Source: a virus (taxonomy: Duplodnaviria; Caudoviricetes). From it: a stretch of DNA of 64,000 nt. Below the pieces are notes generated by a model. The model was not told where the DNA came from, did no database searches, and saw nothing but the letters and a program-made list of their open reading frames with translations. The stretch covers positions 32,001 to 96,000 of IMG/VR virus record IMGVR_UViG_3300032225_001322; one strand, given 5' to 3'. The position numbers and the translations under genes were made by a program. Positions 9,385 through 18,776 of the stretch are shown here, piece by piece; position 1 is the stretch's first letter, and each line of letters begins with the position of its first letter.

Positions 9385-9701
9385 TACTGTGGTACCAGTA
9401 CTGTACGATAACAATTACAGTTAGCATCTAAAATCTGTTGTTGAACATATCCAGGTGGAATAGATTGCTGAATGTAAATTACCTGTGGTTGCTGAACATA
9501 AACTGGAGGAGCGTAATATGCTCTTGCGGCCAAACCGCCAATTACTACACCAGCTGCCGCAGGGCCAACCCAATTATTATTGTTACCATAATATCCGCCG
9601 CGATATCCGTAATAACCGTGAGCTTGAGCTTGAGAGGCAAATAATGTACTCATTGCCAAAATAGAACCGAATACCAATGTGTAAATCAATTTATTTTTCA
9701 T
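9384..9701 (-). CDS. Exported Gly/Tyr/Pro-rich hypothetical protein
   Basis: Signal peptide ending AQA, GYYG tract, glycine-rich hydrophobic segment, PPVY/QPQV; SD AAGGAG. Confidence 0.75.
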   Translation of the reverse strand: MKNKLIYTLVFGSILAMSTLFASQAQAHGYYGYRGGYYGNNNNWVGPAAAGVVIGGLAARAYYAPPVYVQQPQVIYIQQSIPPGYVQQQILDANCNCYRTVLVPQ

Positions 9702-9736
9702 TTTACTTCTCCTTGAGTTATACTCTTATAACGCTT

Positions 9737-9766
9737 ATTGTATAGGAAAAGTTGACAGATGTCAAC
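9737..9766 (-). promoter_or_regulatory. Sigma70-type promoter of the iscU-iscA operon, palindrome over -35
   Basis: TTGACA-17-TACAAT; inverted repeat gttgaca-ga-tgtcaac at 9751-9766. Confidence 0.8.
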
Positions 9767-9774
9767 CGAAACGC

Positions 9775-10122
9775 TTAAGATCGTCGTTTCATCGCCGCTT
9801 TGGCGTTAGAATCCACTACTTTGGCAGCCTGATCAGTGTCCATGGGCTGTTCGCCTGGTTCGTCATTTCCTTTAAACTTAACCACTCCTGAATTTGGTTC
9901 ATACGGAAGTAATACATTTGATAACGGATCTTTAGCAATTAAATCGCCCAATGTATCAGTAGTAACATTAACTCCAAGACTTTGTGCCAAGTCTATAAAT
10001 GCTTTTGTAGAAATTTGTTTCTTTGAATCAGTATCGCCAGCACGACCAGCAAGGAATTGAGTCAATGCCATGAGCTTACCGGAGTTAACAGTTTCTGGAT
10101 TTTCTACTTCAAAGATTAACAT
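9775..10122 (-). CDS. Hypothetical protein, probable late/head-associated
   Basis: 115 aa, N-terminal MLIFE, abuts upstream gene. Confidence 0.7.
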   Translation of the reverse strand: MLIFEVENPETVNSGKLMALTQFLAGRAGDTDSKKQISTKAFIDLAQSLGVNVTTDTLGDLIAKDPLSNVLLPYEPNSGVVKFKGNDEPGEQPMDTDQAAKVVDSNAKAAMKRRS

Positions 10123-11082
10123 TTAGCGTTTAGCGCGACCTAAGCCTGCGCCACCCATTTCAGGAGCTTCTGGCTCTTCTGGTGGAAGTTCTTCATCGTC
10201 CATTTCAACACCTAAATCGGCGCCAATATCAGCGCCCATCTCAGCACCTAGGTCAGCATCTAATTCATCTTGCCCCGGAATACTAGGAGCGGCTTGACCA
10301 GTAACAACACCAAGAGCTTGGTCTAATTGTTGTTTAGCACCTTGTAGATTTTGTAACAAACCAGCAAGAGCGGATGTAGCATCTGTGTTGAACTGCATTG
10401 CTTGGTCAACACCAATTTGATTTTTGATTTGGTCGCATAGTGCTGGCAAATCTTTAAACTGCATACTTGAAATTTCTTCGCTCATTTTTTGAACATTATC
10501 TACCATGTCTTGTGCGGCTAACACTACTTGTGCTTGTTGTACTTCTGATTCGCGAAGAATTTTATATAAACTATGTCTCAATTGTTTGCTTTCTGTTTGT
10601 AGAGCAGCTTGAGCAACTAATTGTTGATCAGCTGGATTTAATGATTGACCTTGTGTGGCTTTTTGCATAGCAGATTTTAATTTAGGATCACTAATAGTAT
10701 TTACTTGAGCTTGCTGTTGTTGTTTTTTAACAGCATCGCCTGCGGCTACCGTAGGATTAACTGGTGGCATACCTGCAACTGATTTAGCTTGATTTTGATC
10801 AGCCCCGGCAGTTGAGCCAACGGCAACGGTAGGAGTTTCGTTAACTTTGGTAGCTAACACTCTTTCCATCATCATCAACTTCAAATAAGTTGGGTTCTTT
10901 TCACTGTGATGAAAAGCTGATGTTTGACGATGTTCATTTACGAGCTTGCGTACTTTGTTTAACATCATACGGGCTTGTTTAGCGGACATTACGTCTACAT
11001 TAATGGAGTCACCAAAATAACTCTCAAATACCTTAGCGGCTTGCTTTGATGGCTTGGTTGCGGCCAGTTCGAACAGTTTCAT
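10123..11082 (-). CDS. Hypothetical Gln/Ala-rich protein, possible prohead core (start MKLFEL at 11082)
   Basis: SD GAGG and late promoter 11106-11113 upstream of 11082; acidic tail ending LGRAKR. Confidence 0.7.
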   Translation of the reverse strand: MKLFELAATKPSKQAAKVFESYFGDSINVDVMSAKQARMMLNKVRKLVNEHRQTSAFHHSEKNPTYLKLMMMERVLATKVNETPTVAVGSTAGADQNQAKSVAGMPPVNPTVAAGDAVKKQQQQAQVNTISDPKLKSAMQKATQGQSLNPADQQLVAQAALQTESKQLRHSLYKILRESEVQQAQVVLAAQDMVDNVQKMSEEISSMQFKDLPALCDQIKNQIGVDQAMQFNTDATSALAGLLQNLQGAKQQLDQALGVVTGQAAPSIPGQDELDADLGAEMGADIGADLGVEMDDEELPPEEPEAPEMGGAGLGRAKR

Positions 11083-11533
11083 TATTAAATCCTCGTTGTT
11101 GACAGTATTTAGCATAATTGACGCATTTGGTTAATTCCTGCTCTACTTGTTTTTTGTGTATAATCTTGGTTTCTAGCTTGGTTTCTATAGTTTCGCGAAA
11201 TAAAGGCTGTTTACTGCGGTCTGCTAGATTAGCTCTTGTTGATATATCTGATGTTAATGAGCTTAATTTATTGTCTAATGTTAGTATATCCCGGGCTAAG
11301 TTATAATGGGTATATTTGTCAGCTATACACCAGCTCAATGCTGTTTTTGTTGTACTAAACACACCCACTTCTGTAGCTGAACAGCGCACTCTGTATCCCT
11401 GCTTTTCCGGGCTTATTACATAACGGTCAAATACTTCGTATTCACCGTCGTCATTTTTCCATATAAGATTAGCAGCTAAATCTGGAAATTCTTTTCGAAA
11501 TAACTTGTTAAGTTCTGGGGTATTTTCAATCAT
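11033..11533 (-). CDS. Hypothetical protein
   Basis: 166 aa, ATGA-coupled to upstream gene. Confidence 0.7.
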   Translation of the reverse strand: MIENTPELNKLFRKEFPDLAANLIWKNDDGEYEVFDRYVISPEKQGYRVRCSATEVGVFSTTKTALSWCIADKYTHYNLARDILTLDNKLSSLTSDISTRANLADRSKQPLFRETIETKLETKIIHKKQVEQELTKCVNYAKYCQQRGFNNETVRTGRNQAIKASR

Positions 11534-11796
11534 TTAATTACGTAGTGGGATATGAGATAGATAGTTGATGCGGCGAGAAAACTAATAATGCCGACACCCC
11601 AGTGAATTAATCTATCTGTATTTTTTTCATTTAATTTACTAATAGATGCTTTAACATCCTGTACCATAGAGCAAAGATGTGCGATATTTTCACTCATAGC
11701 GGTCATTTTGTCTTCTAACGCATTATAGCGTTCAGCACAGAGTTCTACATGAGCTTCTAGACTCTTTTTTTCAATTTCAGTGGCTTCGATGCTCAT
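11530..11796 (-). CDS. Coiled-coil protein with C-terminal TM helix (possibly holin/XhlA-like)
   Basis: Heptad-like N-terminus, then WGVGIISFLAASTIYLI; TAAATA at 11821-11826. Confidence 0.55.
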   Translation of the reverse strand: MSIEATEIEKKSLEAHVELCAERYNALEDKMTAMSENIAHLCSMVQDVKASISKLNEKNTDRLIHWGVGIISFLAASTIYLISHYVIK

Positions 11797-11826
11797 ATTC
11801 TGTCCTATTTTAGTATCATATATTTA

Positions 11827-12237
11827 TTATAATTCGTCAAACCATATATTTTGATCAGGCCCCGATACAATTAATAATGGTGCTAAATTTTTAATATTTC
11901 CCAATCCTACTAGCATAGGAACTCCTGCTGAGTCGGATAATAACAATTCTGTGGAGTTATCTTGGGAGCCAAATGCATATGGAGTCTCAGATTCAAATTC
12001 AAAGATCCATAAATCATTATTTCTTTTAGGATTTTGTAATTCTGAGATTTGTGTGCGTAAACTTATTAGTTGAGTAATAGTTTCCCAATTTCTTTGCTGA
12101 TTTCTAGCACGATTCCACGACAGTTCATTTTCAATATTACTGCCAGATAAATCTCGAAATGGAACTCGGGAAGATTTGTAATGTCCAGTTACACCAGTGG
12201 CGGTAATGTCAAAGAAGGTTTTACAAATAAATTTCAC
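11827..12237 (-). CDS. Hypothetical protein
   Basis: 136-aa ORF overlapping the upstream stop. Confidence 0.7.
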   Translation of the reverse strand: MKFICKTFFDITATGVTGHYKSSRVPFRDLSGSNIENELSWNRARNQQRNWETITQLISLRTQISELQNPKRNNDLWIFEFESETPYAFGSQDNSTELLLSDSAGVPMLVGLGNIKNLAPLLIVSGPDQNIWFDEL

Positions 12238-12488
12238 AATGCCTTTTTGGACAATTCATATAAAATTTCCGCTTGTTCGCAAAGGTTGTTTATTGCTGAA
12301 TTGTTTTTTCTAGCCGCTAAAATATATTGCCAACGCTCTTGTTGTTTTAATTCATTTTCTTGTTCAATTAGTTTAGGATCGCGACTATATAATTCCCTTG
12401 TGCTACTTCCTGGATGTCGAGCATAAACTGTACGGCCGCCATCGGGGCTTTCATATATGGTAACTTCGGTAATTTTATTAATTGTCAT
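12234..12488 (-). CDS. Hypothetical protein (IYESPDGG motif)
   Basis: TIYESPDGGRTVYAR; TAAATA at 12499-12504. Confidence 0.7.
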   Translation of the reverse strand: MTINKITEVTIYESPDGGRTVYARHPGSSTRELYSRDPKLIEQENELKQQERWQYILAARKNNSAINNLCEQAEILYELSKKAL

Positions 12489-12524
12489 AATATAGGTATA
12501 TTTAACCTATAATAAACTGCCCAA

Positions 12525-12550
12525 CAAAAAAGCACCTTGCGGTGCTTTCT
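12525..12550 (-). terminator. Intrinsic terminator
   Basis: AAAGCACC-GCAA-GGTGCTTTTTT on the minus strand. Confidence 0.85.
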
Positions 12551-12575
12551 TGACATTTTAAAGAAAACTTTAAAA

Positions 12576-13022
12576 TTAAGATGCTGCTAACTTGAAGCCT
12601 AAGTTTGTTACTTCAGCGCCTGTAGCACTAAAGCCAGTTGTTACGCCACCGTTAGTGATTTGGATGTTACCTAAAGCAACAACAAGTGCTTGAACAGCAG
12701 CTGCTGAAACACTAGCGTTACCACCAAATGCGCCTAATGGGTATGTAGCGATACTGATAGAGTTAGTATTAACTTGCTGAATAGCAATTGTGCAAAGCTG
12801 TTGTAATGCTTGATCAATAACTTGAACAGCGCCGTTAACTTGAGCTTGGTTTTGAATACCAGACAAGTTGCCGATTTGATAAAACTCAAGTGCTGGACCT
12901 GCAAAATTTGTAGGTGTAGCAGCTGGAGTGTAAGCAACGTTAGCTGATAATTGTGAGCCATTGCGTGTGTCAATGGAAAATACTGGTTGTGAACCGCCTG
13001 ATACTAATGGAATCTGTGCCAT
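12576..13022 (-). CDS. Probable abundant virion protein (decoration-like)
   Basis: Ala/Gly/Thr/Asn-rich; strong SD TAAGGAG; own late promoter (13064-13071) and terminator. Confidence 0.65.
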   Translation of the reverse strand: MAQIPLVSGGSQPVFSIDTRNGSQLSANVAYTPAATPTNFAGPALEFYQIGNLSGIQNQAQVNGAVQVIDQALQQLCTIAIQQVNTNSISIATYPLGAFGGNASVSAAAVQALVVALGNIQITNGGVTTGFSATGAEVTNLGFKLAAS

Positions 13023-13099
13023 TTTAAATCTCCTTATGTATGTGGACTCAAAGGTCCTACGTGTATTTAGTCTTTTGGCAAAAAAATTAAGGAGTTGGA

Positions 13100-15049
13100 T
13101 TAGGATTGTGGAGCATTTTGGGCCGCATTTGCCCGAGAAAAACCAAATCTATTAACAAATTTAGTTATTCCGCCCGGATGAGCTATTACCCAGCCTTCTT
13201 GCCCAGGATGCTGACGGTCTAACTGTTGTAGCATATCCATCTTGATATTATGTAACAATACAAAGGCTGTAAATGCCGCACTCATTCCGTCCATATTACT
13301 TCTTGGGCTTTGTAAGTATTCTACGATATTATTATATTTTCGGGGAGTTACTTTAGTCTGTAACCACTTGCCAAATCCTGGCAATAATGTTGCCGGGTCA
13401 AAATCTGCCACAGAATCATCTTTAACTAGACTATTGATATAATCAACGCATAGTCTTGGCAAATCACTAATTTGTAGTTGACGCAGTTCGGCAGGATTAA
13501 ACAATGTATTAATAGCTATTCCACTACTGCTTACTAAACTTTTCAATTGTTTAACTAGACTACTATCTGTAGGTTTGACATTTTCTTTAGGAGAGATAGG
13601 TTCGATTAATAACAGACCGGGAACTGAGTTTAGATTAACTCGACCCAGTGGTTCTTTACCGGCACCTTGCTCTTTATAATAGGTGTGTATAGCAATACCC
13701 ACATGACTGCCAGCAATTTCTTCGCCTAATTTAGAGCTAGCTGGAATATTATATTCTACAGTATTGGGTTTGAATACAAAAGCCCCAGATACTTCGGGTG
13801 GTGTTGTAATATACAATAAATCGCCCTGGATATAACCTTTAAAATCTTTTGGAGTTGCTGCTTCTAACATGGGCCATAATGTTTGATAGATAGGGGCTAG
13901 TTGAGCTACCCGATTAGCGGATTTGCCCTGGGCTTTTGCTTCGGTATCGCGATTAGCTAAATGTTGTGTGATTTGTTTTGAGCTGGTAAACATGCCATTG
14001 TAGCCCACAGCGCCAAACCCTGCTACATCAGTTAATACAAAAGTGCCGTTAGGTTCGCGCCCAAACACCACCGCAGGTTTGCCGTCCCACTTAACTGTAA
14101 CCGATGATTTTGTGTTATCTTTAAGATGTTCAATGACCGCAAGTGCTTCCTTAATACCTGCGGTTCCTTTTCTAAATACTAAATCCTCAATATGTTCGAT
14201 GCCTTTGGCTTTACCGCCTTGTACTTCTATATTTTCAATTAGTTTTTCCATACCTTGATTGACAATACGGTCACGCAAGCGGGCTAGGAAATGTACTTCT
14301 GTATAAAGTTCTGTACTTGTATTTTCAAAAAATGGAGTTCCAACTCTTTCAAAGTGTGATCTAGCATCCGCTAATTTTTCATCTTTTTTAGGATCGTTTT
14401 TTAATGCCTGGACAATGTTTTCCACAGAGGTAAGATCTTTCTTTGTTGCTCCGGGAGTGAGTAATAATTTAGCGATCTTGTCGGGATCCGTTTCAACTAC
14501 TTCTTCATTAGCGCGATTGATAATACCACGACGCATGTCTAATTTATAACCAAATGCTTTAGCTAGTGAATTTACCACTACAGCTCTATCTTGACCTGAA
14601 AATTTTGAATTTGGCGACGCTTGTAAAAAGAATTGTCCTACTCCCATGTCTTTCATAAACATAAAATCAGTCTGTACATACCCTTTATTTGGATTACCGC
14701 CTATCGGTGTCTTAAAGTGTACTTGACCGCCTGCGTTTTTAACATATTCTTTTGGATCTAATTTATGACTATTACACCATTGGGTTAACTCTGCTACTAG
14801 TTGTTGTTGGGTGATTTCGTTAGCATTGACAGCTAAATCAAGATCTCCAGATGTAGGTTTCTTACCTGAACTACCCAACCAGCGTTCTGGATATCCAGTA
14901 TCAGGATCTATCTCGCCCCGCAAGTCAAGATCAGTTAATTGTTCTAGCCAGTCTACAGTAATAGCAACATCTGCTTGATTTATTCTTTGGGTTAAGGCTT
15001 GTTTATCATTGTTCTTAAAAACATTGCCGCCTTCTTTAATTAAATTCAT
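13100..15049 (-). CDS. Fusion of Pol-beta-type nucleotidyltransferase and ligase-like KxDG (DUF6267-like) domain
   Basis: N-half WLGSSGKKPTSGDLDLAV...VQTDFM; C-half HIEDL...VTVKWDGKPAVVFG...IQGDLLY...EGWV...KFVNR. Confidence 0.65.
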   Translation of the reverse strand: MNLIKEGGNVFKNNDKQALTQRINQADVAITVDWLEQLTDLDLRGEIDPDTGYPERWLGSSGKKPTSGDLDLAVNANEITQQQLVAELTQWCNSHKLDPKEYVKNAGGQVHFKTPIGGNPNKGYVQTDFMFMKDMGVGQFFLQASPNSKFSGQDRAVVVNSLAKAFGYKLDMRRGIINRANEEVVETDPDKIAKLLLTPGATKKDLTSVENIVQALKNDPKKDEKLADARSHFERVGTPFFENTSTELYTEVHFLARLRDRIVNQGMEKLIENIEVQGGKAKGIEHIEDLVFRKGTAGIKEALAVIEHLKDNTKSSVTVKWDGKPAVVFGREPNGTFVLTDVAGFGAVGYNGMFTSSKQITQHLANRDTEAKAQGKSANRVAQLAPIYQTLWPMLEAATPKDFKGYIQGDLLYITTPPEVSGAFVFKPNTVEYNIPASSKLGEEIAGSHVGIAIHTYYKEQGAGKEPLGRVNLNSVPGLLLIEPISPKENVKPTDSSLVKQLKSLVSSSGIAINTLFNPAELRQLQISDLPRLCVDYINSLVKDDSVADFDPATLLPGFGKWLQTKVTPRKYNNIVEYLQSPRSNMDGMSAAFTAFVLLHNIKMDMLQQLDRQHPGQEGWVIAHPGGITKFVNRFGFSRANAAQNAPQS

Positions 15050-16083
15050 TGGCCAGTTACCGCCGTAATTAATTTGTCTATAGTATCGGATCCAGTTTTT
15101 GATTTTACTACTTCTTTATTTTGTGCCATTCGTTGTTGTAATTTTGCAATTGCGTCTGGAGTAATACCTAATTGATTGGCTGCTTGTTGTTGTGTATAAG
15201 AAGCTGCGGATATACTTGATTGATTGTACGATCCTTGCCCTGCTCCAAGTGCGGCTAGTGCTACAGTAGCATATTCTTCAAAGGCCGCGTCTACTGCTTT
15301 AGTATTGCCTTTGGCCATTACAATTTTTTGAAAAAGTTGATCTAATTGTCTTTGAGTAGTTGGATCTATATTCTCTATGCCAGGAATATGCTGACTAATC
15401 CATTTTTGGAAATTTTTTTCTTCTATATCTTTTTTCCCAACTGCTTGTGTCGGTTGAACTGGGGCTACAGGTGCGTTTCGATTTTGAGATCGTTGAGCCA
15501 AGGAGCCTTCTCTAATTCCCGATAGTGGGCCCATCTGTCTATTTTGTGCCGCTATATTTTGTTGCGTTTGAGAAGTATATGGCTGTGTTGTAGTATTAGG
15601 TTTAACCGGTTGAACTGGAGCGACTGTTTTTTGTTGAATAAATTTCTTGGCCGCATCTGGATTCTTTTGATATTGAACATCGGGACCAGTATCAAACTCT
15701 TGGTCAAATGCCTTGACTAATTGTGCTATTTTTTGTTTAGCTTTTGGGTCTCGTTTAGCTAGTTCTAATTTTTGATCTAAACTTAGTTCACCTCGTTGGT
15801 TAGCACCGCGTACAGATGCGCCAACTTCCTTATATTGGTCACCTAGAGCTTTTTGATTTTTTGCGTTTATTTGTTGTCTAATCGCATTAGCTTGTGCTAA
15901 TGCCGACACATTTTGTGCCTGTTGAAATTTGCTTCCACTAAATGGATGTTTTATTGCATTTACCGCTGTATTTTTAGTTGAAGTAACAGCTTGGCCTAAA
16001 GAAGAGGCTTTGACCGATTGCTTAACAGTATCCAATAGCCCTTCATCGGTGCGCTGGCGCTTGGTTATTTCATGAATTTGCAT
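15046..16083 (-). CDS. Gln/Lys/Ala-rich hypothetical protein, possible head-internal protein
   Basis: MQIHEI start; TDEG and IREG internal motifs. Confidence 0.65.
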   Translation of the reverse strand: MQIHEITKRQRTDEGLLDTVKQSVKASSLGQAVTSTKNTAVNAIKHPFSGSKFQQAQNVSALAQANAIRQQINAKNQKALGDQYKEVGASVRGANQRGELSLDQKLELAKRDPKAKQKIAQLVKAFDQEFDTGPDVQYQKNPDAAKKFIQQKTVAPVQPVKPNTTTQPYTSQTQQNIAAQNRQMGPLSGIREGSLAQRSQNRNAPVAPVQPTQAVGKKDIEEKNFQKWISQHIPGIENIDPTTQRQLDQLFQKIVMAKGNTKAVDAAFEEYATVALAALGAGQGSYNQSSISAASYTQQQAANQLGITPDAIAKLQQRMAQNKEVVKSKTGSDTIDKLITAVTGQ

Positions 16084-16318
16084 CAGTTTTCCTCACAGAG
16101 CGAGTAAACTTTTCTGGGTTACGAAGTCTAATCGCATTAATTAATTTGCGTGTAAGGTTCTCTGCTTGATCTGCTGGGTAGTTTTCGTCGATTTGTTCCA
16201 ATAAACGAATGGCACTAGCAATAATATTAGAGGCACGATTTTCGATCACATGACGCTGATCGCGCTCGATATACATACTATCTAATTCTTCTAATAAACT
16301 ACGGGTTTTCTTTTGCAT
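16070..16318 (-). CDS. Hypothetical protein
   Basis: 82 aa; TAAATA at 16339-16344 upstream. Confidence 0.7.
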   Translation of the reverse strand: MQKKTRSLLEELDSMYIERDQRHVIENRASNIIASAIRLLEQIDENYPADQAENLTRKLINAIRLRNPEKFTRSVRKTDANS

Positions 16319-16370
16319 AATTGCCAGAACCTTTTTATTATTTATTACAATTTAAATTATAGTCTGGCTT

Positions 16371-17774
16371 TTAATTCTGTTTAATTTGCCCCAATAATGC
16401 CTTTAATTTACTACTTTGTACTTCTGCTGTAATTTTTCCGATTTCTCCAGTATCAGCATCAATAGTTTCCCCGCCGCTAACTTTAGATTGTGTTTTAATA
16501 TTATCATAAATGTTAGCTTTTCTAAATGAATTTACTGGAGTGGCTTCTTCGGGTAAGTCAGTAATACGCATGGTTTCAATATTGTAGTCCAGTTCAACTT
16601 TTTGCCCTGTGCCGTTAGAAGTACGAGTTTTCATACATTGTAATTGATAGCGTCCACGCTCTTTCATGGCACGACTTGTAAAGATACCAAATACATTATC
16701 TGCGGTATTAATCTTAGAAATACCACCCGAAATATGACTATGATCAAATTCAATTTCTTCCACAGCCGCACGATTTAATTGCGAAGCTGTTACTAATAGT
16801 ATATTAAGCTCTTTTGCTAAATTGCGTAATTCTTCTGAAACATATTTGTCTTTAACAAACAAATCGTTAGGACTAACTTTAGCTGAAACTGGCATTAATA
16901 AGTCTAAGTAATCAACCATTACAAAATCAATTTTGATACCCGTTTGAACTTGTACTTCTTTTAAATAACTCCGCACATCATTGATATTACTTTGTGCTGG
17001 CAATGCCTTAACTCGATATTGCCCTGCTTTTTTGCCAAACATTTTAATCTTTAATTCAGCAGTTTCTAAATCTTTACGGATATCTTTAGTCGACATACTA
17101 GACAGCATAGCATCAGTACGCAATCCAACTAATTCTTCACTAAGCTCTAAACTAATATATGCGCCACTAAGCCCTTGCTCTAACCAGCTAATAGCAATAT
17201 TCATCATGACCAAAGATTTACCAGAACCAGATCCACCAGCAAAAATATTAAGTTCTCCGCGACTGAACCCGCCATAAAGAATCTTATCTAAACTTGGCCA
17301 GCCAGTGCTTACTTGCCCACCACTGTTAAAATATTTGTCATTGCGGCCTCTTGGATCAGCAAAATAGTCTGTACCCATGTCTTTTTGTAGACTAATTTGT
17401 ACTGCGTCTTTGATTAATTTTTCTACAGGCGCAAATTCGCCTTTGTCCAACATATCGTATGATTTAAGAATTGCTCTACTAAGTTCTTCTTTTTTAGTAA
17501 AACCTTCAAATTCTTCCATAAACCAATCTAAGTTACCGTCCGGTAAGTCTGGAAGAGTTTCTAATTTAGACCCAGTGGCGGCATTAATTTGTTCTAATAT
17601 AGGAAGTGATCCATGCTCTTCGTAGTGAGTTTTTACAAAATCTGCCGCCGCTCGTAAACTGCGATCAAAGTTTTCTGGGTTATAGATATTTTGAACACGG
17701 ACAAATGATTCAGCATCGCTGAGCATCATTTCTAAAAATAATTTTTGTACTTCGATACTATAATCTTTTAACAA
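16371..17774 (-). CDS. Replicative DNA helicase (gp41/DnaB-like)
   Basis: STGWPSLD, Walker A GGSGSGKS, SLE, Walker B VMVDYLDL, TASQLNR. Confidence 0.93.
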   Translation of the reverse strand: MLKDYSIEVQKLFLEMMLSDAESFVRVQNIYNPENFDRSLRAAADFVKTHYEEHGSLPILEQINAATGSKLETLPDLPDGNLDWFMEEFEGFTKKEELSRAILKSYDMLDKGEFAPVEKLIKDAVQISLQKDMGTDYFADPRGRNDKYFNSGGQVSTGWPSLDKILYGGFSRGELNIFAGGSGSGKSLVMMNIAISWLEQGLSGAYISLELSEELVGLRTDAMLSSMSTKDIRKDLETAELKIKMFGKKAGQYRVKALPAQSNINDVRSYLKEVQVQTGIKIDFVMVDYLDLLMPVSAKVSPNDLFVKDKYVSEELRNLAKELNILLVTASQLNRAAVEEIEFDHSHISGGISKINTADNVFGIFTSRAMKERGRYQLQCMKTRTSNGTGQKVELDYNIETMRITDLPEEATPVNSFRKANIYDNIKTQSKVSGGETIDADTGEIGKITAEVQSSKLKALLGQIKQN

Positions 17775-18738
17775 GTTGCTTCCTTTTTATTTCAATTTTA
17801 TATTTGTTAGTTTCTCTGGCATTTAATATAGTTAGTAGAGTTGCTACCTTACCCATACGAATTATAGCATCATTTACATCTTTGACACCCGCCGGCCATT
17901 CAGGGATACTAACACCCCACCCTAATTCTATTGCTCTATTTACTAATGTCATTCCAGCTTGATCCTGATCTGGAACCACAGTAATATTTTTACCTAAACT
18001 TTTAATTACCTGGACTTGTGTATCGTTAATATCGTTGTGTAATACTGCTAGTCCATTAATAGCAAGTGCGTCAAATACTCCTTCTACTACGATTAAATGT
18101 TCCCAATTATCTTTTTGTAAGTCAACCCCAAATACATAACCTTGTTGTGTATCTGATATAAATTTAGGTTGTCTGCTATCAATAAATCTAGATGTATTTC
18201 CTACCATTACACCTTTATGAGTAAACGGTATTACAATACGCTTACTTGATCTTCCTTCGGCATTTGGACTTACCATATATGGATAGCCTAAACAATCAAT
18301 ACATCTACCTTCCAAGTATTCAATATACGGGAAATGCTCGGGATTGTCAATATCTATAAGTTCCAAATCAGCTGGTAAATCTCGCTCTTCGAATTCAACT
18401 GCCTTAATTTGAGTCTTTTGATTCTCTATCAAACCATTCATAGTCCGATGTCTTAGACTTTCGATATTAATTGCTTCGATACTTTGTTGATCTACTCCTA
18501 ACCATTCTAATAATTTACGAGCTTTAAATGATAAATTACGACCTAAAATAAAACTAGCGGTATAGCCACAATTAAAACAATGATAACTCCACCCGCTTTC
18601 TGCGTTAGGTTTAAGGCCGCCACGCTGTCTTTTATCTTGACTATCGCCTCTATGAACGCAACACGGTGCGTTGAAAGATATCCAGCCAGAGCTAGTATGT
18701 TTTCGTTTACTAGGAAGAAAGGAAATCACATCAATCAT
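17758..18738 (-). CDS. DNA primase (gp61/DnaG-like)
   Basis: Zn finger (APCC...YHCFNC); TOPRIM VVEGVFDA, PDQDQAG, KDVND. Confidence 0.9.
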   Translation of the reverse strand: MIDVISFLPSKRKHTSSGWISFNAPCCVHRGDSQDKRQRGGLKPNAESGWSYHCFNCGYTASFILGRNLSFKARKLLEWLGVDQQSIEAINIESLRHRTMNGLIENQKTQIKAVEFEERDLPADLELIDIDNPEHFPYIEYLEGRCIDCLGYPYMVSPNAEGRSSKRIVIPFTHKGVMVGNTSRFIDSRQPKFISDTQQGYVFGVDLQKDNWEHLIVVEGVFDALAINGLAVLHNDINDTQVQVIKSLGKNITVVPDQDQAGMTLVNRAIELGWGVSIPEWPAGVKDVNDAIIRMGKVATLLTILNARETNKYKIEIKRKQLVKRL

Positions 18739-18744
18739 GCTACG

Positions 18745-18773
18745 ATTATAGCAGATTCAAACAATAAAATCAA
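18745..18773 (-). promoter_or_regulatory. Sigma70-type promoter, leaderless, for primase-helicase
   Basis: TTGATT-17-TATAAT, 6 nt before ATG 18738. Confidence 0.8.
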
Positions 18774-18776
18774 CGT

